This document shows, in pieces, positions 48,852 through 58,926 of a DNA stretch of 64,000 bases. The stretch comes from Planctomycetota bacterium (lineage in GTDB: Bacteria > Planctomycetota > Phycisphaerae > Phycisphaerales > SM1A02). Positions within the stretch are counted from its first letter, which is position 1; each line of letters starts with the position of its first letter. Location of the stretch: assembly GCA_022574595.1 (NCBI GenBank), contig JACZRS010000016.1, forward strand, positions 5,589 to 69,588. The letters run 5' to 3'. The position numbers were made by a program, and so were the translations under genes. A model generated the notes under the pieces. The model made no database searches and had not been told where the DNA came from. It saw nothing but the letters and a program-made list of their open reading frames with translations.

Positions 48852-50306
48852 GTGTCAAAAAGCCCCGATACAAGTCAAGTTCTATTTAAGCGTGAGTACG
48901 AACGCGAACTCGAGACGTGGTTGCACCGACGTTTCGGCTACCTTTGCATGGTATTTGTTGCACTTGGCTTTTTACAGCTTGTTGTAAGTCTCATCGAAAT
49001 GTTCGGCGACAATCTGGGGGGGGCAATTCTAACAGCTTTGCGCAGTGGCGGATTACTCTGCATTGTTGCGTATTATTTCTTACAAAGAGAACAATATGAA
49101 ACTCGAGATGCAGTACTGCGCGGTTTAGCGCGGATGATTCTCGCGCTAGGTGGACTCTCACTTGCAGGTTGGCTTGCTGCAGATCAGCTGGGCTTAACCA
49201 CTGTCTCTAGTGTTTTATTGTCAATCTTCTTTCTGCACATAACTTCGTGCCTGTTCTTGCCTTGGACTCCCGGAGAATCTCTTAGACCAATCTTACCCCT
49301 GCTTGGCATTTGGATTATTTTCAAGTTATTGTTTAGCGCAAGTGATCCTACAGCAATAGGGTTGATGATAATAATTAGTCCCGCAATTCTATTGCCCGGC
49401 CTACTAATTTGTGGCTGGCGCTTACGCTCACATAGCAAACAGTTTCGCAGCACAATGCTGGGCAAACACTTCAAGACACTTCGCCAGGAATTTACCAAAG
49501 CCCGTGGTATTCACGAATCAATGTTTCCTGATGAATATGATGATGGCTATGTACGAATGCAGTACAAATACATTCCTATGCGCGAACTTGGGGGTGACTT
49601 CCTGCATGTACACATCGGTGCAGAAGGACTTGTGCATCTGACACTACTAGATGTAACAGGACACGGCCTGCCCGCAACGCTTTCGGTTAATCGCATTTAC
49701 GGAGAACTAGAGAGAATTCGAGCAGAATTGCCCCGTGCAAAACCTGCTGATGTCATTCGCCTTCTCAATCGCTACATGAACCTTACAATGTCTAAACACA
49801 ACATTTACGCCACTGCTATTGTTCTGCAGCTTGATCCTTACGGTGGTGAGATTACTTGGGCCAGTGCTGGCCACCCCCCCGCTTTTCTGCGCGGCGTAAA
49901 TGGAACAGTAAAATCGCTTCCAGCAACCGGTGTTGTTCTAGGTGCTCTGCCTGATGAGGATTTTGAAATCGATGAAAAAACCATGGAGTTATCACCAGGC
50001 GATATGATTCTGGCATATACAGATGGTGCGTTTGAAGTAAGAGATCGCAAGGGACAACAATTAGGGCTTGATGGTTTGCGAGATCTCTTGCATAAACAAC
50101 CACAATCAGGAAATTGGCCGCAGTTTATCTGCTCATCAGTGGAAAAGTATAAAGCAGGTAGAACAGAAGATGATGTGCTTGTGACAGCTTTAACCTACAT
50201 ATCACAGCGCCTGCAAACCAAATCCGCACCTGCTCCAGAGATAGAAGTAGAAGCAAATATCAGCTCTGCAGCTAGCTCTTTAAAACTTACATCTCCTGAT
50301 GTGTAA
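48852..50306 (+). CDS. membrane-anchored PP2C-family (SpoIIE/RsbU-like) serine phosphatase
   Basis: N-terminal TM domain; PPM motifs GGDFLHV, LLDVTGHG, AYTDG. Confidence 0.65.
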   Translation: MSKSPDTSQVLFKREYERELETWLHRRFGYLCMVFVALGFLQLVVSLIEMFGDNLGGAILTALRSGGLLCIVAYYFLQREQYETRDAVLRGLARMILALGGLSLAGWLAADQLGLTTVSSVLLSIFFLHITSCLFLPWTPGESLRPILPLLGIWIIFKLLFSASDPTAIGLMIIISPAILLPGLLICGWRLRSHSKQFRSTMLGKHFKTLRQEFTKARGIHESMFPDEYDDGYVRMQYKYIPMRELGGDFLHVHIGAEGLVHLTLLDVTGHGLPATLSVNRIYGELERIRAELPRAKPADVIRLLNRYMNLTMSKHNIYATAIVLQLDPYGGEITWASAGHPPAFLRGVNGTVKSLPATGVVLGALPDEDFEIDEKTMELSPGDMILAYTDGAFEVRDRKGQQLGLDGLRDLLHKQPQSGNWPQFICSSVEKYKAGRTEDDVLVTALTYISQRLQTKSAPAPEIEVEANISSAASSLKLTSPDV

Positions 50307-51438
50307 TACGCTTTTCACTATGCCCAGCGATAAATCAGATACCTACTACATGAACATAGCAGCCAAGTTGGCGCTACTAGGCCATGGCGGCGCTGAACCA
50401 AACCCAATGGTGGGCTGCGTGATTGTTTCAAAATCCGGGCAAATTGTAGGAAGGGGATTTCATAAAATTTGTGGCCAGCCACACGCAGAAATTAATGCGC
50501 TTGAAAATGCTGGCGATCGCGCTAGAAGCGCAACTGTTTATGTAACGCTCGAGCCTTGTAACCACCATGGTCGAACTGCACCTTGCTCTGAAGCATTAAT
50601 TAGTGCGCGTATTGGAAAACTCGTTTATGCTCGAACAGATCCAACTGGAGATGCCGCTGCTGGAGCAAACCTCATTAAAGAAGCTGGTATTGAGGTTCAG
50701 CTTTATAGCGATTGTCAGCCGGCAATCAAAGTAAGTGAGCCATTTGTTTACAGAGTTAAAACGGGTTTGCCTTGGATAATTGCAAAGTGGGCTCAAACTA
50801 TTGATGGCAAAATTGCAACGCGAAATGGTAATAGTCAGTGGCTAAGCAATCAGCGAAGCCGAAATATGGTTCACAGACAGCGCGGCAGAGTCGATGCAAT
50901 TCTCACAGGTATCGGTACTGTCCAGGCTGATGATCCACTACTTACAGCCAGAAACGTGCGTTTGCGCAGAATAGCAAAACGAATTGTAATTGATCCACAT
51001 CTAAAAATTTCTGTTGATGCCAAGCTAGTTACTACAACTTCCCAGGCTCCCACAATCATAGTGTGCGACCAGTCAGAAATTAACACTCAGCAAAGCAAAG
51101 TCAATGAGCTTCAGACTTTGGGTGTGGAAGTCATTGGAGCAACGACAACCGATGGTCGCTTCGATTTGATTGCTGTATTAACCATGCTCACAGCCAAACA
51201 CGAAATTTCAACCATGCTCGTTGAAGCTGGGCCACGTTTGCTTGGTGATCTATTTAAGCATCATCTAATTAACGAGGCTTGGGTGTTTATTGCGCCAATT
51301 CTGTTCGCGGATGAAAAGGCGCTGTCATCCGCAACCGGCCACATTGTTAGCGAAGTAACAGACGGCACAAAGTTATCTCTTGAGGATGTGCGTGTTCGAG
51401 GAGATGATGTAATGATTCGCTACGGCGTGGATTCTTGA
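50299..51438 (+). CDS. ribD: bifunctional riboflavin biosynthesis deaminase/reductase
   Basis: HAEINAL...PCNHHGRTAPC deaminase zinc motif; C-terminal reductase domain. Confidence 0.85.
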   Translation: MCNTLFTMPSDKSDTYYMNIAAKLALLGHGGAEPNPMVGCVIVSKSGQIVGRGFHKICGQPHAEINALENAGDRARSATVYVTLEPCNHHGRTAPCSEALISARIGKLVYARTDPTGDAAAGANLIKEAGIEVQLYSDCQPAIKVSEPFVYRVKTGLPWIIAKWAQTIDGKIATRNGNSQWLSNQRSRNMVHRQRGRVDAILTGIGTVQADDPLLTARNVRLRRIAKRIVIDPHLKISVDAKLVTTTSQAPTIIVCDQSEINTQQSKVNELQTLGVEVIGATTTDGRFDLIAVLTMLTAKHEISTMLVEAGPRLLGDLFKHHLINEAWVFIAPILFADEKALSSATGHIVSEVTDGTKLSLEDVRVRGDDVMIRYGVDS

Positions 51439-52811
51439 GATTGAGGTTTAATGCCGTAATCCTCAGGCGTTAAGCGCAGCTCTAAACTGCTTGGGAAAAC
51501 TCGCAGCACATTGTCACCGTTTTCAAAAGCCCATTTCTTGGTATCGCGATCTCTTACGATTCGAACAGTATCCATAGGAAAAGAATCAAACCCAATAAAC
51601 TTAACCGTAGCAACCTGTAAATCACCTGGATATTGTTCGATTCGAATTTCTGGGGCTTTTAGGCTGGTCATATTATCTAGAAATTTATTTACATAATGGG
51701 CTGGCACATTTACGTGATGCTGAGGTGCAGTCCATCGCTCAAGGACTCGCTCAAGTCGCAACATCCCTTGAGGTGTATTAATTTCTATAGCTTTTATATT
51801 AACAGGCAGGATTCCTGATGCTGTTCGCGCAACCAGAGTACTTGCGTTTCTAAATATCCCGCGCAGCATCTTTTCTGGCAAAATAAACACCACACCTTGA
51901 TCTTGCATCATTCCGAAGCGATCACCTGAACCAATCCCCTTTGATGTGCCGAGTAGTAGAGTTTCCTGCTTGGTTGTTTTGACTATTTTAGTACCTTCAG
52001 AGGTAACTTCAGTCCAACTCACAACCACTGATCCAGTAGGATCAGCTAATCCAAATTCAGATAAACTGCCGGGTTGATCTGCAATAAACCCACCCGACTT
52101 AGCAGTTGTCAATGCTCGAAAAAGCTCGTCCATGGCAACATCATCAAGCCGAGTTTTGACAGGCGTATTCATCTTCCACTGTTTTTTATCTCTAATAAGC
52201 TCCACTTGACTATTGCCAAGATTTACGATTATCTTGTCAGAGTTGACTGATGCGTTTGTGAAAATTGTGCGGTCACGCCACTCTTTGGGGTTCGCTTCGA
52301 CTGCTCTTTCGTATAAATCTCCTGTTGCGATATAAACTGGTTCCTGGCCGGCAATTCGAACATACCATCGCCCCGCAACACCGCGTCGACCAAATTGCAA
52401 TTTAAGTTGCCCATCCGCCCACTCATAAATTAATTCCGCAAGCGCTGGACTAAGTGATAATTCTTTTGTCGCCAGGTTTCCAGTTTGCTGCGAGGAAGGT
52501 ATTACATCGGAAACCATTACCTGGTCAGGTAAAACCAATAGTTGGCGCATCGAAAACCGATCCATCTTAAATGCAAATGGTTCACTTTGTGCCCAACCTT
52601 TATCAGTTCGACTAAAGACAATTGGCTCAGCATCGCTGCGCTTAAGCGTGATTTTATTGATATCATCCCTAGGAAACTGCTCAGGCGTTAGTAATGGAAT
52701 CACACCATTAGTTTTTTTATCGTCTTTTTGATCACTATTATGTGTAACAATCGCAGCCGCTGCACTAAGTACTGCCAGAACAAATACAACTATGGTTGAT
52801 TTATAATTCAT
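51420..52811 (-). CDS. DUF4340-like periplasmic protein (fourth gene of the gld-like ABC operon)
   Basis: signal-anchor; position downstream of the GldG-like gene; no catalytic motif. Confidence 0.45.
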   Translation of the reverse strand: MNYKSTIVVFVLAVLSAAAAIVTHNSDQKDDKKTNGVIPLLTPEQFPRDDINKITLKRSDAEPIVFSRTDKGWAQSEPFAFKMDRFSMRQLLVLPDQVMVSDVIPSSQQTGNLATKELSLSPALAELIYEWADGQLKLQFGRRGVAGRWYVRIAGQEPVYIATGDLYERAVEANPKEWRDRTIFTNASVNSDKIIVNLGNSQVELIRDKKQWKMNTPVKTRLDDVAMDELFRALTTAKSGGFIADQPGSLSEFGLADPTGSVVVSWTEVTSEGTKIVKTTKQETLLLGTSKGIGSGDRFGMMQDQGVVFILPEKMLRGIFRNASTLVARTASGILPVNIKAIEINTPQGMLRLERVLERWTAPQHHVNVPAHYVNKFLDNMTSLKAPEIRIEQYPGDLQVATVKFIGFDSFPMDTVRIVRDRDTKKWAFENGDNVLRVFPSSLELRLTPEDYGIKPQSQESTP

Positions 52812-52814
52812 TAC

Positions 52815-54917
52815 TTAACTTCGCTGCCTGACCATCCAAACCAAGCTGCCAAGTAATAAAGCCGCACATGGCAGAAACACCACCGTAATCCATCTCCACC
52901 ATATTTTAACGCCCTGTGTTATTCCGCTTAGTGTTTGTATCTGTTGGCTTATTGCGCTGGGGGCAATCATTTCATCGTGGCCGGACAGCCACGCAACACT
53001 TGCAAGTAATAATTCATAATTGCCCGGGTACACCAGAGCCACGCGCCCTCCCCCCATGTCATTAACAACATCCGAGCGGTTACTAAGCAGCCAACCAGAT
53101 GAACCAATTACAACAAATCGTTGGGTGTTACGCGTCACAGGATTATTTCGCTGGGTTGTTGCAATTACTGTTATATCTTCAGCGAAGAATTGGCTTTCAT
53201 TTGGTTTATCAACAGTAGATGGATCAATAGCCCAATCATCTTCAAGCCAACGATTTTCTTGCGCTTTCACTACTGCGGCTTTGCTATACTCAATTCCAAT
53301 TGGTCCGCTGGTGGCTTTAGTTATTGCAAGTGGCAAATCAAGGGATGTCACCAAACCATGGGCCGCAGCGGAAACTGGATGCTCAGATTCAAACTCCGTG
53401 ATTCTAGCAGTTCGTAAATTAATCGCTTGGCCTGATTGATCGATCTGCTTCTCGAATATAACCCTTGATGTATCTACTTCGACCCCCATTGCCAAAGCAA
53501 CAGTTTGCCAAGGGTCGCGTTGGTTAAATTTGTGCATGCCACTGGGAGCTACATTCAGCATCACCATCTCACCATCAACAATAAGTTGCTTGACCGAATC
53601 AATGAGTGCATGTTCTTCATTGCTTGGGACAAAGCTTGTGCGCAGTGGAATCGGTGGTGGTACAACAATCCAAACTACCGCTTGGCCAACTTTCGCTGTT
53701 GGCCTATCTCCTAGAGTGACGATCCATTCCTTAATATCAAACCGCGACGCTTTTAGGATACTAGCTGGGCCTACAAGATCGATATTCAGCTTCCGCCTCT
53801 GCAATAATGATTGTTTCTCTGCGTGAACAAAGACAACAAGAGGCATGGGGTTTACAAGTAGCGATCGCATAGCCGCAGCAATAATTTGCTCGCCTCGAAA
53901 ACGTTGATCAAAAGTAATACCTGTTTGATTGCGCCGCTGCACCTGAGGGAATATCTGCCCGGATGGAATCAGGGCTGCACCTTCCGGGCCAATTACGATG
54001 GCTGCTTCACCACGCTCAATTTGATGTCCAATTGTCCCAATCTCAAGCTCAGGTAGAAATTTAATTGGATCGGCAATTTCAATTAACTTATGGGCTAATC
54101 GTTCATATTGACCATTTGTGCTATTGGCTAGCTCCTTTATGGATGGATCAACATTGGGATACGCCCGCCATTTCGCAAATAGCTGCTCGATCCCCATCAA
54201 TTCATCCGCCCAAACCGATAGCGCCCCAACAAGAATGCTTCTAGCCGTTTCATAATCGCGTATCGGCCTCGTCTCATCTTCACGCAAGGCCTTGTCCAAC
54301 TCCTGCTTGATTTGCGCAATCTGTTGTGTGCGCAATGAAAAGCCTCCAAGGAGCTGCTGAAAATCATTATATATCGGGTCGTCGGCAGAAAGATTCAGTC
54401 TGAGATCAACTAACTGCCCGGACCTTTGCTCTACAAATAACTCATAATCTTTAACAGCTTCTATACCCGGAGCTAGAGCTGCGTTATACGCATCAATTTT
54501 ATCACTATAAATTAAGCGCAAATGTGCTAACAGAGATTCATATTCATCCAGCGTATCCGCATTCGTCGGATCAATATGTACCGCAGTAATATGTTCTGAA
54601 GAGTCCGTAAATCGCCTTAACACTTCATCGACTTGTCGCTTCATAGCTCGATCAGCATTCGCTTCAACTAGAATCACCGCAATGGTCCAATCTTCACCAG
54701 AAGAATCAATTTCATCAAGTAATTGCTGTGTTTGCGGGCTTAGAGCGTAAGCGCGAGTCTTAGTCGCATCTAACATTGTGCGAAACTGCGGCCTTTGACT
54801 GAAGAAATTAACAACTACTACAAGCACAACAATGCTGGCCATAAACACCAGTAAATTTAGCGCTAATCCCGCTTGACGCAAAGCTAAATCTTTATTTGTG
54901 CCTGGGTGTTTAGTCAT
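52815..54917 (-). CDS. GldG-like ABC-transport auxiliary component
   Basis: N- and C-terminal TM anchors with a large periplasmic domain; operon context with the ABC-2 permease and ATPase genes. Confidence 0.55.
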   Translation of the reverse strand: MTKHPGTNKDLALRQAGLALNLLVFMASIVVLVVVVNFFSQRPQFRTMLDATKTRAYALSPQTQQLLDEIDSSGEDWTIAVILVEANADRAMKRQVDEVLRRFTDSSEHITAVHIDPTNADTLDEYESLLAHLRLIYSDKIDAYNAALAPGIEAVKDYELFVEQRSGQLVDLRLNLSADDPIYNDFQQLLGGFSLRTQQIAQIKQELDKALREDETRPIRDYETARSILVGALSVWADELMGIEQLFAKWRAYPNVDPSIKELANSTNGQYERLAHKLIEIADPIKFLPELEIGTIGHQIERGEAAIVIGPEGAALIPSGQIFPQVQRRNQTGITFDQRFRGEQIIAAAMRSLLVNPMPLVVFVHAEKQSLLQRRKLNIDLVGPASILKASRFDIKEWIVTLGDRPTAKVGQAVVWIVVPPPIPLRTSFVPSNEEHALIDSVKQLIVDGEMVMLNVAPSGMHKFNQRDPWQTVALAMGVEVDTSRVIFEKQIDQSGQAINLRTARITEFESEHPVSAAAHGLVTSLDLPLAITKATSGPIGIEYSKAAVVKAQENRWLEDDWAIDPSTVDKPNESQFFAEDITVIATTQRNNPVTRNTQRFVVIGSSGWLLSNRSDVVNDMGGGRVALVYPGNYELLLASVAWLSGHDEMIAPSAISQQIQTLSGITQGVKIWWRWITVVFLPCAALLLGSLVWMVRQRS

Positions 54918-55630
54918 CGCAATCTTCTGATCTCCAATGATTTAACTGCTGCGATTAAAAACACAACTGTAAGAGAAAGGAAATACACTATATTAGATGT
55001 GTCAATTAGCCCAATCCCAAAATCACGAAGTCGAATGTCCGGATCAAGGGAAATAACTATCTGAGCCCAATCTTCCCCAAGCCTGGCTGGAAGCAATTTT
55101 GTCCCGACAGTCAAGCCCATCCAGAAGAATACCGCTAATAAAAACGCAACAACCTGGCTTGAGGTTAAGGTTGATGCCAATATCCCAGCTGCTAAGTAGG
55201 CACTACCTGCTAACAACACACCTAAGTATCCACAAAGAAGTTCGCCATAATCAGGCCTGCCATAAATCTCCAGCGCAAAAGCATAAATCGCAGTCGGCAG
55301 CAAAATCACAACAAGAAAACCTAGCGCGCCGAAGAATTTACCCACCACTACCTGCCGTTCATTTACAGGTGTTGTCATTAATGCTTCATAAGTACCGCTG
55401 CGGAATTCTTCACTAAATGTTCGCATGGCAATTGCTGGACATATAAAGAGTAACACCCACGTAATGACCTCAAATGTTGGGCGAAGCGATGCGGTTTGCC
55501 CTTGATCAAACCCGCCGAACGAAAACAGAAAACCAGTTATTACCAGAAACAGCGCAGAGATAACATAACCACCCGGCGAAAGTAAATATGCAGGTAGTTC
55601 GCGCGCAGCAATCGTAATGGTTCTGCTCAC
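54914..55630 (-). CDS. ABC-2 type transporter permease (GldF-like)
   Basis: six TM segments; overlapping stop and start with its neighbours. Confidence 0.6.
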   Translation of the reverse strand: MSRTITIAARELPAYLLSPGGYVISALFLVITGFLFSFGGFDQGQTASLRPTFEVITWVLLFICPAIAMRTFSEEFRSGTYEALMTTPVNERQVVVGKFFGALGFLVVILLPTAIYAFALEIYGRPDYGELLCGYLGVLLAGSAYLAAGILASTLTSSQVVAFLLAVFFWMGLTVGTKLLPARLGEDWAQIVISLDPDIRLRDFGIGLIDTSNIVYFLSLTVVFLIAAVKSLEIRRLR

Positions 55631-56598
55631 GAATGAACCCTCTTTTTATTTCCATCAGTCGCTACAGCTTGCGGTTCAGAAATCATCCTAAGGAACAAAT
55701 GCTCCAGCGATGGCGCTTCACGATGAATCTCCCTTACCAAACAGCCCTCCTCAGACAGCTTGCTACTTATTGCTTCACGCAGATCACCCGCACCGTCGCG
55801 CGCACTAAGCGTCAGCCGATGCCAACCATCATCTGTCAGCCTCACGGATATTTCCGCAATGCCGTTAATTGCATTTAGATATTGACTAGCTTGCGAGGAA
55901 TCAGTTTCTACCACATATTGCGATTTGCCCGCCGCCTTGGTTCGAAGCTCTTCGATGGTGCCGGCTGCTTGAATCTTCCCAGCCGCAATCATGATGATGC
56001 GATCGCAAGTTAGCTCCACCTCGGGCAAAATATGGCTGGAAAGCAAAATCGTGTGCTGCCCCGCCAATTCACGAATCAGCCCTCGAACTTCTCTAATCTG
56101 GCTCGGATCCAATCCCGAAGTGGGTTCATCTAAAATCAATACCTCTGGCGAATGTAGTATCGCAGACGCCAACCCCACACGCTGGCGATAGCCTTTAGAA
56201 AGTTGCCCAATGGTTTTGCGTTTCACATCATCAATCCAGCATCTCGTCATAGCATGAGCGATTGCGTCCCGTCTTTTTGCCCGTTTCAGTCCATATAGAC
56301 CCGCCCTAAACTTCAAATACTCACCCACCCTCATCTCAGGATAACTCGCAGCGGACTCTGGCAAATATCCAATTCGGCTACGGACTTTGATCGATTCCCT
56401 AACCACATCCAGGCCATCCACTTCAACTCGACCTGCTGTAGGACGCAGAAAACCACATATCATGCGAATTGTCGTAGTCTTGCCTGCCCCATTGGGTCCA
56501 AGAAAACCCACAACTTGCCCTTTGGGTATATTCAAATCAATCGAATCTACCGCGGTGGTTTTGCCGAACTTCTTAGTGAGGCGGTGGGCTGATATCAT
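55627..56598 (-). CDS. ABC transporter ATP-binding protein (GldA-like)
   Basis: Walker A GPNGAGKTT; ABC signature LSKGYRQRV; Walker B ILILDEP. Confidence 0.85.
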   Translation of the reverse strand: MISAHRLTKKFGKTTAVDSIDLNIPKGQVVGFLGPNGAGKTTTIRMICGFLRPTAGRVEVDGLDVVRESIKVRSRIGYLPESAASYPEMRVGEYLKFRAGLYGLKRAKRRDAIAHAMTRCWIDDVKRKTIGQLSKGYRQRVGLASAILHSPEVLILDEPTSGLDPSQIREVRGLIRELAGQHTILLSSHILPEVELTCDRIIMIAAGKIQAAGTIEELRTKAAGKSQYVVETDSSQASQYLNAINGIAEISVRLTDDGWHRLTLSARDGAGDLREAISSKLSEEGCLVREIHREAPSLEHLFLRMISEPQAVATDGNKKRVHS

Positions 56599-56846
56599 GC
56601 CAATGCGACTGTACTACAACCAGTTTCCAAAGCCGGTGGCCAATACAATCCACCAAGCGTTACATAAACAGGTCGGATTCTTCTGTACCCCCAGGCGTGA
56701 TTTGTTCATTCTCCGTCTGGACCCAATCTTGTCAAGAAGCCGACATATCACTTCATCGGTAATAATAGCGGTTTACCAGTTGGAATCGTACGCCATTGGT
56801 AGTAAACTAGCTCGTTTATCAAAGGGGATGTCTTCGTTAACTGCCA

Positions 56847-58550
56847 ATGACTAAAAGTCGTCCAAGGCTGATACTTTTGCCCGGTGACTCGCCCATCGAC
56901 CCACACCTGTTGGAATCGTTGCGGTCTGTCTTTAAGATCGCTATTGCCAAGGATCATGCCCATGCCAACCAGCTAGCCAAGAAAGATCCCAAAGCGTTGG
57001 TTCTCTCCTCATCTTCGCAGCTTCGTTCAATTATTGGCTCTGCCGATGCGGAAGATGCCCACGCCTCCACTCAAGACCTAGGCGACGGCATGGGAGTAGT
57101 AAGCCAAGATGGTGAGCTGAAATGGACCAATTCACGACTTAAACAATTCAGCCAACAAGTCCGCCATAAGTTTTCCGAATTATGCTGCGAATCCATCGAG
57201 CTGTTTAACGAAGCAAGGAATTTTGATGATCAAGATGCTGAAAGTAACAACTCTCATCGATTCTCATTCCAGGCCGACTCAAGGCATTATGAACTAGTGG
57301 TGTCTCCTGCCTCTTCAAGTCTGGCAAAACCCGAACAAGTAGATTCAGTAATCGGTGTACTTTGGGATGTAACTGCAAGTAGGCGCATACTTGACAAGCT
57401 CGATGCAGTAGACGCTGGAGGATCAGATTTACTCCGCTTTGAACCGGAAATGATCACAAAGCTAAACGCTGCGGAACGGTTAAAAATCCTTGAACAAAAA
57501 ATTGCTCTACAAATTAAAGAACTACTAGGTTTTGATAGTTTTCAAATTCGCTTGATTGATCGCGAAACCAATCGACTCGAACTTGTCATGTTTGAGGGAA
57601 TTGCACCGGAAAGAATCGGCGAGGCTATCTATCCCGAATTACAAGGTAACGGAATCACCGGCCACGTCGCAGCTTCAGGGCAAAGCTACATCTGCACCGA
57701 TGTAAAGGTTGACCCGCTATACCGCGAAGGCCTCGATGATGCAGCAAGCTCGCTCACAGTGCCCTTAAGGCTGCATGATAAAGTCATTGGGGTTTTTAAT
57801 ATCGAATCCGATCGCACAGATCGATTTGATGAAAATGATAGGAGATTCGCCACACTCTTTGGACGCTACGTTGCCATGGCCATGAACATTTTAGATCTGC
57901 TCGTTGCTGAACGATACACCACTAATGAACAAATGTCGCGCACAGTTCTAGGCGAACTGGCAGATCCGATCGCTGAAATAAACGATCAAGCACTCGCTAT
58001 GAGGAAAACTGGAGCAAGTATTGATACGCTTAACTCCGGCTTAGATCACATTATTGATGCCACCGGCCGAATACTACGAAAAGTCGAATCCTGCACTTCT
58101 GGTCCACGCACTATCTTAGGAGCTGAACATGAGCTGCAATGGGGTGAGCCTGATCCACAAATGAAGGGCAAGCGAATTCTTGTCGCAGATGATGATAAAA
58201 CTATCCGCACATCAGTAGAAGCACTACTAACACATAAAGGGTGCAGCGTAATTGTTTGTGAAGATGGCACTCAAACTTTAGAAAGACTTAAAGAAGCAGA
58301 TGATGCTAAGACAGGTTTCGATCTTGTTATCTCCGACATAAAAATGCCAGGCCACAGCGGTTATGAAGTGTTCGTCTTATCAAAAGAGCTTTCACCCGAT
58401 ACACCGGTAATCCTAATGACCGGCTTCGGCTACGACCCCCACCACTCCATAGTCCGCGCCTCCCAACAAGGCTTACAGTCATTTCTATTCAAACCCTTCA
58501 AAGCCACACAACTTATAGAGGAAGTTAAGAAGGCGCTGGTAGACGCGTAA
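56847..58550 (+). CDS. GAF-domain response regulator (C-terminal receiver domain)
   Basis: central GAF-like region (GITGHVAASGQSYICTD...VIGVFNIESD); C-terminal REC domain ILVADDD...DLVISDIKMPG...K. Confidence 0.6.
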   Translation: MTKSRPRLILLPGDSPIDPHLLESLRSVFKIAIAKDHAHANQLAKKDPKALVLSSSSQLRSIIGSADAEDAHASTQDLGDGMGVVSQDGELKWTNSRLKQFSQQVRHKFSELCCESIELFNEARNFDDQDAESNNSHRFSFQADSRHYELVVSPASSSLAKPEQVDSVIGVLWDVTASRRILDKLDAVDAGGSDLLRFEPEMITKLNAAERLKILEQKIALQIKELLGFDSFQIRLIDRETNRLELVMFEGIAPERIGEAIYPELQGNGITGHVAASGQSYICTDVKVDPLYREGLDDAASSLTVPLRLHDKVIGVFNIESDRTDRFDENDRRFATLFGRYVAMAMNILDLLVAERYTTNEQMSRTVLGELADPIAEINDQALAMRKTGASIDTLNSGLDHIIDATGRILRKVESCTSGPRTILGAEHELQWGEPDPQMKGKRILVADDDKTIRTSVEALLTHKGCSVIVCEDGTQTLERLKEADDAKTGFDLVISDIKMPGHSGYEVFVLSKELSPDTPVILMTGFGYDPHHSIVRASQQGLQSFLFKPFKATQLIEEVKKALVDA

Positions 58551-58633
58551 TAGCTTCGCATTGATCGCAAACAAACCAATCGACGCCCCCAGATAGCAAT
58601 CAGTGAGGTTTACTTCAACGACTGCAAAAAGGC

Positions 58634-58652
58634 GAAGGTGTCTGACACCTTC
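58634..58652. repeat. palindrome GAAGGTGTC-T-GACACCTTC, copy 2, flanked by 37-nt direct repeats (58568-58604 and 58676-58712) and a tandem CACCTTCACCTTGCC x2
   Basis: read directly from sequence. Confidence 0.7.
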
Positions 58653-58926
58653 ACCTTGCCCACCTTCACCTTGCCCAAACAAACCAATCGACGCCCGCGG
58701 ATAGCAATCCGTAGGATCTTCATTATTATTGCCTCTCTCCATTTTCTATGGCTCGTTCACAGGTTCGCAAGAGTAGGTAGTATGTGTATTCGATACACTA
58801 GTAAGTAAGTAGATGATTACTCGTCCAACAGTGAGTGACAGTCCGGTATGCCACTGATGGAAAATCGGACGTGTATAAACTCCACTACAATTCAGGCTTA
58901 GCATTGACCTCGAGACCTGATTTTAG

